Part shown: positions 17,613 to 24,977 of the stretch, one piece after another
How positions within the stretch are numbered: the stretch's first letter is position 1
Layout of the letters: every line of letters begins with the position of its first letter
Source: a virus
Taxonomy: Duplodnaviria > Heunggongvirae > Uroviricota > Caudoviricetes
IMG/VR virus record: IMGVR_UViG_3300014963_000512
Length of the DNA stretch: 28,035 nucleotides
Direction: 5' to 3' (one strand)
Program-made: the position numbers and the translations under genes
Notes under the pieces: generated by a model
Database searches by the model: none
Seen by the model: only the letters and a program-made list of their open reading frames with translations
What the model was told of the DNA's origin: nothing

Positions 17613-18214
17613 AAGGAAAGCGGATCGTATGTCTGTGCGCCGCGCTGGCTGTGCTGGCCATACTCTGGTGTTGGCGCTACACGACCTTGAATGCAGCCTT
17701 TTCTGAACCCGCCCAGACAAACCGTAAAATCTTTTCGATGGGAGAGGTTGTCCCCTACGGTAAAAACATCACCATGGAGAGCGGCGATATTGTGGATGGC
17801 TATTCTCTACGGGTGGATGGTTTTGCGATCAGGGATTATAACGATGTTGTCTCTGGACTTCCGGAGGCGGAGAACCTGCCCGACAGGCCTTCCGACAGAC
17901 TTGCCATGGTCAGCATTACGTTATTCAATGATGGCAGCAGCGCTCAGGGCGTCTTACTGTCAGATCTGATTATTTGCGGCGTTGACAACTATGAAAAGCT
18001 GGACAGGGAACTGCTTACGCCGCTGAACCCCATTATGGCCGGAAACCTTGGCATCAGCCTGTCGTCCGGTACCGAGTATCAGCTAATCCTGCCATTCCTC
18101 CTGATGGAGCACAACTGGTCAGACAGCACATGGAGCCATCTGGAGGATTACCCTCTGTTTCTGCGTATGACCTGTGTCCCTGTAACGCAGGATATTGCAT
18201 TATTGTGTACATAA
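17609..18214 (+). CDS. Membrane-anchored extracytoplasmic protein (DUF5028-like)
   Basis: Single N-terminal TM. FSMGEVVPYG...DGYSLRV resembles accessory proteins of this ABC operon type. ATGA overlap. Confidence 0.7.
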   Translation: MKGKRIVCLCAALAVLAILWCWRYTTLNAAFSEPAQTNRKIFSMGEVVPYGKNITMESGDIVDGYSLRVDGFAIRDYNDVVSGLPEAENLPDRPSDRLAMVSITLFNDGSSAQGVLLSDLIICGVDNYEKLDRELLTPLNPIMAGNLGISLSSGTEYQLILPFLLMEHNWSDSTWSHLEDYPLFLRMTCVPVTQDIALLCT

Positions 18215-18307
18215 GGGCAACTACTTCAAATCAGATCAGGAAAAACTCACACGAAATTGTTTCCTTAAAAAATGAACATGACATCCCAAACGGAATGCCA
18301 TGTTTCC

Positions 18308-18652
18308 TTATTCAAACTCATCATGATCCAGCATCATCTCAATGAACGCGATAATCATTTTTCTCTGTTTTGGCGAACACGTCGCGGATAGCCTGGATAT
18401 AAGCTCCATGTCGCTGTCGCCTGAATATGCTTCCGGATAGAATATTCGATCAGCCGGAGCGGCAAGGCTGCGAACAAATCGAATCAACGTATCGACGCTG
18501 GGATTCTTTTCGCCGAGTTCAATGGCGGCCACGTGCCGCAGTCCCAATTCGGCCCGCTCAGAGAGTTTTTCGCGGGTTATATTGCGTTCCTCACGCATAG
18601 TACGCAGTGTACTTCCTACATTGTTTGCGATCTGGTCATGTTTTTTCGACAC
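18308..18652 (-). CDS. XRE-family HTH transcriptional regulator
   Basis: LRTMREERNITREKLSERAELGLRHVAAIELGEKNPS. GTG at 18652 follows AGAGGTG. Confidence 0.9.
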   Translation of the reverse strand: MSKKHDQIANNVGSTLRTMREERNITREKLSERAELGLRHVAAIELGEKNPSVDTLIRFVRSLAAPADRIFYPEAYSGDSDMELISRLSATCSPKQRKMIIAFIEMMLDHDEFE

Positions 18653-18801
18653 CGGCAGTTCACCTCTTTTTTCATACATTGTACAGAAGCAAAAGAAATG
18701 TTGAAATGCTCGAATGGTGTCGGATTTTTGGCCCTAATAGAACATCTTTTATACCCTCTTGCCAATAAAAAAACGGCAGCTTTAGAGGGTAGCTTCATCA
18801 C

Positions 18802-18840
18802 GCATAAAACCCTCCGCTGCCGCAGCGGAGGGTTTTATGC
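18802..18840. repeat. Perfect 19-bp inverted repeat
   Basis: GCATAAAACCCTCCGCTGC-C-GCAGCGGAGGGTTTTATGC. Confidence 0.85.
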
Positions 18841-19112
18841 TATTCCTTTTTAGAAAGAAACTTCCTGTGAGTTTCCGGTGGTAACCGGCCACCCAGCTAC
18901 CAGCAGTTCAGATTTGGAACCGTCGATCTCACTTCAAGAGTGGGCTTATATCGACCGGCATCGGAGATGAACTGCTGGTAGTTTTATTTTGGCTCCACTT
19001 TCGCGACAGAGTATACCCTGACGCAAAATTTCATCTTCTGCCGCTTATCCGTGGCCCGCCGTTTCCGTCATTTACGAATTTTTCAAAAATGACGAAACGG
19101 AGGTAACGGTCA

Positions 19113-19532
19113 ATGACCGCAAAAGATAAGTATTACATTCGGGTAAAAAACACCCTTGTAGAAGTTACTCACGAAGTTTATCTGGTCTTTTACCGCTTTG
19201 GACGGCAAGAACGTAACCAGCAGGAAAAGGAGAAACGTAACCATGTGATCTCCTACGATGCCTGGGACACCGGCGAACGAACCGGGCAGGAACTGCTGCC
19301 CTTGCCTGATGAGGCCAATGTGGAGGAACTCGCTATCGCAGCCATCATGTCAGAGCAACTGCATCGGTGCCTGCGGCTGCTTCCGGAAGCGGAGCGTAAG
19401 CTGATTTACGAAATCTATTTCAGAGGGAAAAGTGAGAGAGAACTCTCATTAACAAGCGGATTATCCCCAACGGCAATTCACAAGCGAAAGGAAAAAGTCC
19501 TAAGAAAACTAAAAAATCTGATGGAAAATTGA
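19113..19532 (+). CDS. Sigma70 region-4-like positive regulator (Tn916 Orf7-like)
   Basis: VEVTHEVY, LHRCLRLLPEAERKLIYEIYFRGKSERELS....SPTAIHKRKEKVLRKLK. GGAGG RBS. Confidence 0.88.
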   Translation: MTAKDKYYIRVKNTLVEVTHEVYLVFYRFGRQERNQQEKEKRNHVISYDAWDTGERTGQELLPLPDEANVEELAIAAIMSEQLHRCLRLLPEAERKLIYEIYFRGKSERELSLTSGLSPTAIHKRKEKVLRKLKNLMEN

Positions 19533-19589
19533 AAAAAGTGGTGTGCAGATGCCCCTCGGATACGGATAAAGGGTAGGGAGATATTTTCA

Positions 19590-20010
19590 TCCCCTTGCTC
19601 TTTGAAAAACGCCATCCGGCCATATCCGGCAACTGGATCACATCAGCAGATGAGCCTCCTGAACAGAGGACAGCGATGCGGAGAACGCGCCATGACCACC
19701 TGCACGGGGATATCCCGTGTCAATGCAGGCCCCGAACCGGAAGGTGCCCAGCGATACCCGTTCATCCAAAAGCAGCCGTGGCAGGCTGTCTCGCCATGAC
19801 CTCATCTGCCTACAATGGTACTTCTGCATAGCGATACTTTCAAAACATCGGTGCAGCTCGGAGCGATCCTCGGAGGGGTGCGATTCCCATGTGCGGCGCC
19901 AGCCGCAGACCAGTTGACCGCCCGCCAGTCCGGGAAGTAGTGTCGAATAGGACTGAACAAATGATGGAAACGGCGGGGCCGCTCCAACACGCCTTGGAGC
20001 GGCCCCGCCA
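19590..20010 (+). ncRNA. Candidate large structured non-coding RNA downstream of the sigma-like gene
   Basis: No credible ORF. Recurrent AGCGAT and CGCCATGACC motifs, several stems, and a 16-bp GC-rich terminal hairpin at 19972-20009. Confidence 0.45.
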
Positions 20011-20020
20011 TAATGCTTTT
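19972..20020 (+). terminator. Strong GC-rich hairpin, terminator-like
   Basis: GGCGGGGCCGCTCCAA-CACGCC-TTGGAGCGGCCCCGCC, then ATAATGCTTTT. Confidence 0.65.
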
Positions 20021-20187
20021 GCCTGATGGCAGAGACGCGGACACTGGTTTCTCTTCTCTCTCCCCTTTCCGTTTTATGCTTTCATCCATTCCCTGCGTCT
20101 GATTCTTCTCTCACTCACACACCCACCCCCACGTCTGACAGTGTCCGTGTTTGTGCCATCAGCATCATTTTATAAGGAGGGATATTT

Positions 20188-20610
20188 ATCAGAATCTCTG
20201 AAAGCTCATATACCATCGGCAGCGACGGTCGGCTGGTGATCCCCGCCGTTGACCTGGCTGAAATGGGGTTGTCACCTGGCCAAAACGTGTTTGTGGCCTA
20301 CATTGCCGATGATGACCTTGCGAACCAATACAGCGAGTTCATGGTGTCATCTGTTTCGCTCTCCGAGATGGATTGCGCTCAAAGGATCGCCGTGCCCCAG
20401 CCGCTGCTGGAGGAAGCGGGCATTGATCCCGATGGTGAAGTACAGGTCATCTGCATCGAAGGTGTCATTATCATTGCTGAAGATTCCACATTGAACGAGG
20501 ACGAACTGAGCGAGGTCGTCGACCGCTTACAGGTGGCCAATGACCTCGCTCAGCAATTATCAAATGAACCGGATGTTACGGAAGGAGGAGCATTCCATGG
20601 CAGCTACTGA
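20188..20610 (+). CDS. Tandem AbrB/SpoVT-like domain protein, probable ATC start
   Basis: IGSDGRLVIP...MGLSPGQNV and IAVPQPLLEEAGIDPDGEV are AbrB-like repeats. AAGGAGG (20174-20180) lies 7 nt before the in-frame ATC at 20188. Confidence 0.65.
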   Translation: MRISESSYTIGSDGRLVIPAVDLAEMGLSPGQNVFVAYIADDDLANQYSEFMVSSVSLSEMDCAQRIAVPQPLLEEAGIDPDGEVQVICIEGVIIIAEDSTLNEDELSEVVDRLQVANDLAQQLSNEPDVTEGGAFHGSY

Positions 20611-20740
20611 GAACACGATGACGCTGGAGGTAAACGGACTTCATGTACATCTTACTTTTACGCCATTCCCTGACAGTGATACCGCAGAAGCCATCCGTGC
20701 GATTCTGAAGAACAGCTACATTCGGACGCTGCAAACGTAA
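20597..20740 (+). CDS. 47-aa protein upstream of the recombinase (TnpW-like; possible recombination accessory factor)
   Basis: AAGGAGG RBS before ATG 20597. Its stop abuts the recombinase RBS. Confidence 0.65.
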   Translation: MAATENTMTLEVNGLHVHLTFTPFPDSDTAEAIRAILKNSYIRTLQT

Positions 20741-20752
20741 GGAGGTACCGCC

Positions 20753-22402
20753 TTGGGTAAAAAAGTTTGCTGTCTGTACCGTGTTTCCACCCTGAAACAG
20801 GTTGAGAAAGATGACATTCCCATGCAGAAACAGCGATGCCATGAGTTCGCTGCACAAATGGGCTGGGATATCGTCCGGGAATTCTCGGAAAAAGGCGTGT
20901 CCGGCTTCAAGGTTTCCGCCAAGAAGCGTGATGCCATACAGGAGATCCAGCGGGAAGCGGCAATGGGCACCTTTGATATTCTCCTTGTTTTCATGTTTGA
21001 CCGCCTTGGCCGCCGCGACGATGAAACACCTTTCATTGTGGAATGGTTCGTCAACAACGGTATTGAGGTCTGGAGTGCCGAGGAAGGCCAGCAGCGGTTT
21101 GATAACCATGTGGACAAGCTGCTGAACTACATCCGTTACTGGCAGGCGTCCGGCGAGAGCATCAAGACCTCCATTCGTACCAAGACCCGGCTGGGACAGA
21201 TCGTCATGGAGGGTCGGTTCCGTGGTGGTTACGCGCCCTATGGCTATCAGTTGGTGAAGAAGGGACGCATGGGCAAAAAGAACCGCGAGCTGTTTGATAT
21301 TGAGGTCAACCCCATGGAAGCCGCTGCTGTGCGTCGTATCTTTGATTTGGCCGACCAGTACGGCTACGGTGGACGAAAGACCTCCACCACGCTCAAAGAG
21401 GAAGGATTCCTCAACCTCCGCACCGGTGAGCCGTTCCATTACTCCACCATTCAGAATATCCTCATCAATATTGCCTACACCGGTGTACTCCGAAGCGGTG
21501 AAAGCGTTTCGGAGATATTTCCGGAATTGCAGATCATCACGCCGGAGCAATTCCAGCGGGTGCAGCAGGGACGGGAGCAGCGATCTGCGGACTATCTGGT
21601 CAAGTGTGCTGCGGCCTATGGAACGGAAACCATCACACTGAAGGATGGCAGCGAAGCAGAGGTTTCTCGTCCGATTCGCAGCTATCCCCGAAAAAATACC
21701 GGCAGTGCTCTGCTGTCCGGCAATGTGTATTGCGGTCACTGCGGTGGCCGCATTTTTGCGTCAACAGCACGGAAGACCCATCACCCCACCGATGGCAGTA
21801 ATGGCCGTGTAGCCATCTACAAATGCTATAACCGTACCCAACACAAAGAGATCTGCGATGGCCCCACGACCTACCGTGCCGAAAAGGTGGATGCCGTGGT
21901 CAGCAAGCTCATCCGGGATATTCTGCAAAAGGCCGGAGCTATCAGCGAGTATGATATCGTCCGCAATCAGATCGGCGCAACGGCATCTGATTTGCAGCAG
22001 CAGATCCGCCAAGCCAAGCTGGAGCTTTCCAAGAAGCACATTGAGCAGGGGCGCTGGGAGGGATTGATGCTGGACTCGCTGGATGGCAAGTGTCCGTTCA
22101 CACCAGAGCAGGTCAAGAGCAGGCTGGACTCCTTGAAGGAGTCCATGCAATCATTATCGGCAAACATTGAATCGTTGGAGTATCGTTTGGCAGATAATGA
22201 CCGGCTCACTCAAGAACTGAAGGATCAACACCAGCAGCTCTTGTCCTGGGCCGAAATGTTTGATTCCGCCTCTCCCACAGAGCGTAAGCTCATCGCCTCT
22301 CACCTCGTCAAAGCCGTGACCCTGACCCGCGGCTACGGTATCCAAATCGACTTCAACATCTCCGAGGCGCAGTATTTGAATGGAATGGAGCCCACACCAT
22401 AG
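20753..22402 (+). CDS. Large serine recombinase (integrase)
   Basis: Catalytic YRVST, DRLGR, GGYAPYGY recombinase domain, Zn ribbon CGHCG...YKC...C and coiled coil. TTG start after AAGGAGG. Confidence 0.95.
   Translation: MGKKVCCLYRVSTLKQVEKDDIPMQKQRCHEFAAQMGWDIVREFSEKGVSGFKVSAKKRDAIQEIQREAAMGTFDILLVFMFDRLGRRDDETPFIVEWFVNNGIEVWSAEEGQQRFDNHVDKLLNYIRYWQASGESIKTSIRTKTRLGQIVMEGRFRGGYAPYGYQLVKKGRMGKKNRELFDIEVNPMEAAAVRRIFDLADQYGYGGRKTSTTLKEEGFLNLRTGEPFHYSTIQNILINIAYTGVLRSGESVSEIFPELQIITPEQFQRVQQGREQRSADYLVKCAAAYGTETITLKDGSEAEVSRPIRSYPRKNTGSALLSGNVYCGHCGGRIFASTARKTHHPTDGSNGRVAIYKCYNRTQHKEICDGPTTYRAEKVDAVVSKLIRDILQKAGAISEYDIVRNQIGATASDLQQQIRQAKLELSKKHIEQGRWEGLMLDSLDGKCPFTPEQVKSRLDSLKESMQSLSANIESLEYRLADNDRLTQELKDQHQQLLSWAEMFDSASPTERKLIASHLVKAVTLTRGYGIQIDFNISEAQYLNGMEPTP
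21728..22039 (+). repeat. Direct repeat copy 1 (~310 bp, inside the recombinase gene)
   Basis: Matches 23717-24027 with 12 substitutions and one 1-nt indel by manual comparison. Confidence 0.95.
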
Positions 22403-22540
22403 GGAATCATCGCATTAAATCTCCTATATCGTTGCACCATTTTATGCAACGAATAATTCCGTTTAAGGTATAGGTGTGAAACCTTTTCGGGAAACAAGGT
22501 TCTTCGCTCGTTATCATGCAATATGAATATGAATTTATAA

Positions 22541-22569
22541 TTGCAAACCACATTGCTTTGCAGTATAAT
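22541..22569 (+). promoter_or_regulatory. Sigma-A promoter of the Abi gene
   Basis: TTGCAA-N17-TATAAT. Confidence 0.7.
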
Positions 22570-22604
22570 TATCTTATAATCTAAAGCATTGCGAGGTGTG
22601 CGGT

Positions 22605-23573
22605 TTGCCGAAAAGTGTTGATGGGCTGATGCGTTATCTTCGAGACAAAAAAGGGATTTCCATATCTGGTAGCACTCAAAAACGCAAACTGCGGAATATT
22701 GGGTACTATCATGGATACAAAGGGTTTCGCTTTATCGGGAAATCTACAAACGCTATCCCATACACTGACTTTAAAGAATTGATGGCCATTTATGAGTTCG
22801 ATATGCAACTCAAGTCTTTGTTATACCCGCAATTAATGTTTATTGAAACCGCATTGAAAAACTATGTCTTAGAAGAGATATTGCTTGAAGGGAATAGCGA
22901 TAACTTTAATTACATCTATACGAAGTTGCTAACGGATTATACACGATTTTCGGCCGGAAGCGGAAAACAAAAAGAAGCATTAAAACTTCGATTATCTCTG
23001 CGAGATCATGTATACTCATGCCTAACAAGGGAGTACGGCAACAAGAAGGAAGTTGTACAGCATTTTTACCACAAGGACATGAGCGTGCCTATTTGGGCGA
23101 TATTTGAGGTTCTCACATTAGGTGAATTTGGCACATTTTTTACTTGTTTGAAATACTCTGTACGCCGAGCTGTCTCAATCCAGCTTGGTCTGCACCAAGC
23201 AACAGATTCCGACGCATTTTTGACGAAAAAAATAATCTTTGCAATTAAAGAATTAAGAAATGCTGTTGCGCACAATGATGTTGTGTTCGACACACGCTTC
23301 GCAAGATCCAAAGTGGACGGGGCTTTATCTACCTGTCTGGAGATTCAGACTGGCATCCGCAATATTACATTTAAAAGCATAACGGATTATATTATTCTTG
23401 TGGCATACCTTCTGAAACGATTTGGAGTACCAAAGGGCGAAATTAAACGATTCATTTCAGAATTCCAAGATGCCATAGAAACGCTTCGCAAGCAAGTTCC
23501 AATCAATGTCTTTGCCAAGATTGTGCTGACGGATACGCGTAATAAGCTGCAAGGCCTGCAGAAATTCATTTAA
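22605..23573 (+). CDS. Abi_2 (AbiD/AbiF-like) abortive-infection protein, HEPN RNase
   Basis: LRNIGYY, YEFDMQLKSLL...IETALKN, HFYHK...PIWAIFEVLTLGEF and the HEPN motif RNAVAH (R-X4-H). TTG 22605 follows GAGGTG. Confidence 0.9.
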   Translation: MPKSVDGLMRYLRDKKGISISGSTQKRKLRNIGYYHGYKGFRFIGKSTNAIPYTDFKELMAIYEFDMQLKSLLYPQLMFIETALKNYVLEEILLEGNSDNFNYIYTKLLTDYTRFSAGSGKQKEALKLRLSLRDHVYSCLTREYGNKKEVVQHFYHKDMSVPIWAIFEVLTLGEFGTFFTCLKYSVRRAVSIQLGLHQATDSDAFLTKKIIFAIKELRNAVAHNDVVFDTRFARSKVDGALSTCLEIQTGIRNITFKSITDYIILVAYLLKRFGVPKGEIKRFISEFQDAIETLRKQVPINVFAKIVLTDTRNKLQGLQKFI

Positions 23574-23612
23574 GCAAACGGATTATCTTCGACAATAAGC
23601 GGCAAAAAACAC

Positions 23613-23641
23613 TTGCATATTGTGTATTTATCCTGTATAAT
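23613..23641 (+). promoter_or_regulatory. Sigma-A promoter for a small RNA downstream of the Abi gene
   Basis: TTGCAT (23613-23618) N17 TATAAT (23636-23641). Confidence 0.75.
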
Positions 23642-23647
23642 CTATAT

Positions 23648-23717
23648 AGGAATAGCGGTGTATCTCTGCGGAGTGCACTTGAGGAGGCCGGATGCGTCCG
23701 ACCTCCTCTTTCCATTT
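23648..23717 (+). ncRNA. Candidate Abi-associated small RNA (putative RNA antitoxin)
   Basis: Two hairpins, both with TGCG loops (23657-23679 and 23681-23708), followed by TTTCCATTT, directly after a promoter. Confidence 0.7.
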
Positions 23718-24027
23718 ATTGCGGTCACTGCGGTGGCCGCATTTTGCGTCAACAGCACGGAAGACCCATCACCCCACCGTTGGCAGTAATGGCCGTGTAG
23801 CCATCTACAAATGCTATAACCGTACCCAACACAAAGAGAACTGTGATGGCCCCACGACCTACCGTGCCGAAAAGGTGGATGCCGTGGTCAGCAAGCTCAT
23901 CCGGGATATTCTGCAAAAGGCCGGAGCTGTCAGCGAGTACGATATCGTCCGCAATCAGATCGGCGCAACAGCTTCCGATTTGCAGCAGCAGATCCGGCAG
24001 GCCAAGCTGGAGCTTTCCAAAAAGCAT
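23717..24027 (+). pseudogene. Direct repeat copy 2: internal fragment of a near-identical serine recombinase
   Basis: About 96% identical to 21728-22039. Frameshifted (T5 to T4) and truncated at both ends. Confidence 0.93.
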
Positions 24028-24056
24028 ACCTCTATGCTCAACTTATAGATTTAACT

Positions 24057-24085
24057 TTGGGGTCAGGTGATGAGCCTGACCCCAA
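24057..24085. repeat. 11-bp perfect inverted repeat
   Basis: TTGGGGTCAGG-TGATGAG-CCTGACCCCAA. Confidence 0.75.
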
Positions 24086-24289
24086 CATTTACTATAGAAC
24101 CTAGAAGAATTGTAGACGGCACATATTCGTATCTGCTGAATTTAGTGACACGCATCGGAGCTTAACGATGTCAACGGGGTAACATGCGGCACCTGCAGTT
24201 ATCGGCTCCGCAGGCATATAAGAACCGCCGGCAGCGGAAAGCGCATCGCAGCTCGGAGCTGCACAAATAGGATCAGCAATGGCCACTTG

Positions 24290-24782
24290 GTATGCGAAAG
24301 CCACCATTCCAACGAGGATGTGCCGGAGTGCACCATACGCGCTGCGTTCGACGGGTTAGACGATGTGCTGGATGTGATAGCGGAAAGCTGTGCGGAGATT
24401 CTGGACGCTGGTAATCGCGCAGAACTGGATCAGGTGCAACAGGACATCATAGCCATACAAGAAGGCCTCCCTCGCCATCCACAAAGCCTCGCAACAGGGC
24501 GCGGTGAGTAGAGATGGACTACGAGATCAAAGTCGCCTCCTACAACAAGCAGATGGACGAGCTGCAGGGACGTCAACGGGAGTTCAAAGCGACAGCCGGA
24601 CGCTTGCGGAAGTAAAATACTGGATGGATGCCTTCAGGGAACACATCCACAGCGGCGAAAAGCCGGACACCGCCGATGCGGTCATGCTCCGCCAGCTCGC
24701 CAACAGAACAGTGGTGTACGATGCGTGGCTGGAAATTCACCTGCGGATCGGTGTGGCGCTGGAGCAGACGTATGCACATTAA
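24290..24782 (+). pseudogene. Frameshifted C-terminal remnant of another large serine recombinase
   Basis: Across frames: CESHH...ECTIRAAF, a coiled coil (ELDQVQQDIIAIQE; YNKQMDELQGRQRE), and the tail MLRQLANRTVVYDAWLEIHLRIG typical of LSR ends. Confidence 0.6.
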
Positions 24783-24926
24783 CCGCGTGGTTTTGGGGCA
24801 CAATTATGTATATAATTATACTGATGGTTGCATTAGAAAGTGCAACTTTCATGTGTTTTCTTCCTAAATATTGGAAGAATTTTCGGCAATATAGCACAAG
24901 ATATTGTGTTACTATGTCGAGAAATA

Positions 24927-24955
24927 TTGAAAATTGTAAGGGGATGCGGTATAAT
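24927..24955 (+). promoter_or_regulatory. Sigma-A promoter of the large downstream gene
   Basis: TTGAAA-N17-TATAAT, which supports a start at ATG 24978 rather than 24840. Confidence 0.7.
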
Positions 24956-24977
24956 GCAGTTTACGGTGGTGATAAAT

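Larger units (their letters stand above)
1950..22402 (+). mobile_element. Degenerate ICE/IME (relaxase + T4CP + large serine recombinase, no T4SS); boundaries approximate
   Basis: Co-oriented mobilisation and recombination modules. GC is visibly higher than in the flanks, with an abrupt AT-rich shift after the recombinase stop at 22402. Confidence 0.8.

Noticed and set aside
19595..20089. Several 60-95 aa ORFs in the post-sigma gap; also group II intron resemblance of GGGGTGCGATTCCC
   Set aside because: The overlapping ORFs lack RBSs and coding character. No domain V or RT gene was seen, so an intron call is unsupported.
20045..20135. Pyrimidine-rich CT/CA low-complexity tract
   Set aside because: No regular repeat unit, and no function can be supported.
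20576..21739. 387-aa minus-strand ORF (and other long antisense ORFs such as 7378-8073, 13455-14204, 15376-16161)
   Set aside because: Shadow ORFs opposite well-supported genes in GC-rich DNA.
23692..24048. 118-aa ORF
   Set aside because: Its ATG lies inside the second RNA hairpin and the rest is the recombinase fragment, so it is treated as a pseudogene. Low-level translation from GAGGAGG cannot be excluded.
24840..24977. Longer start for the 747-aa ORF
   Set aside because: A consensus promoter lies within the extension, so ATG 24978 is more plausible.
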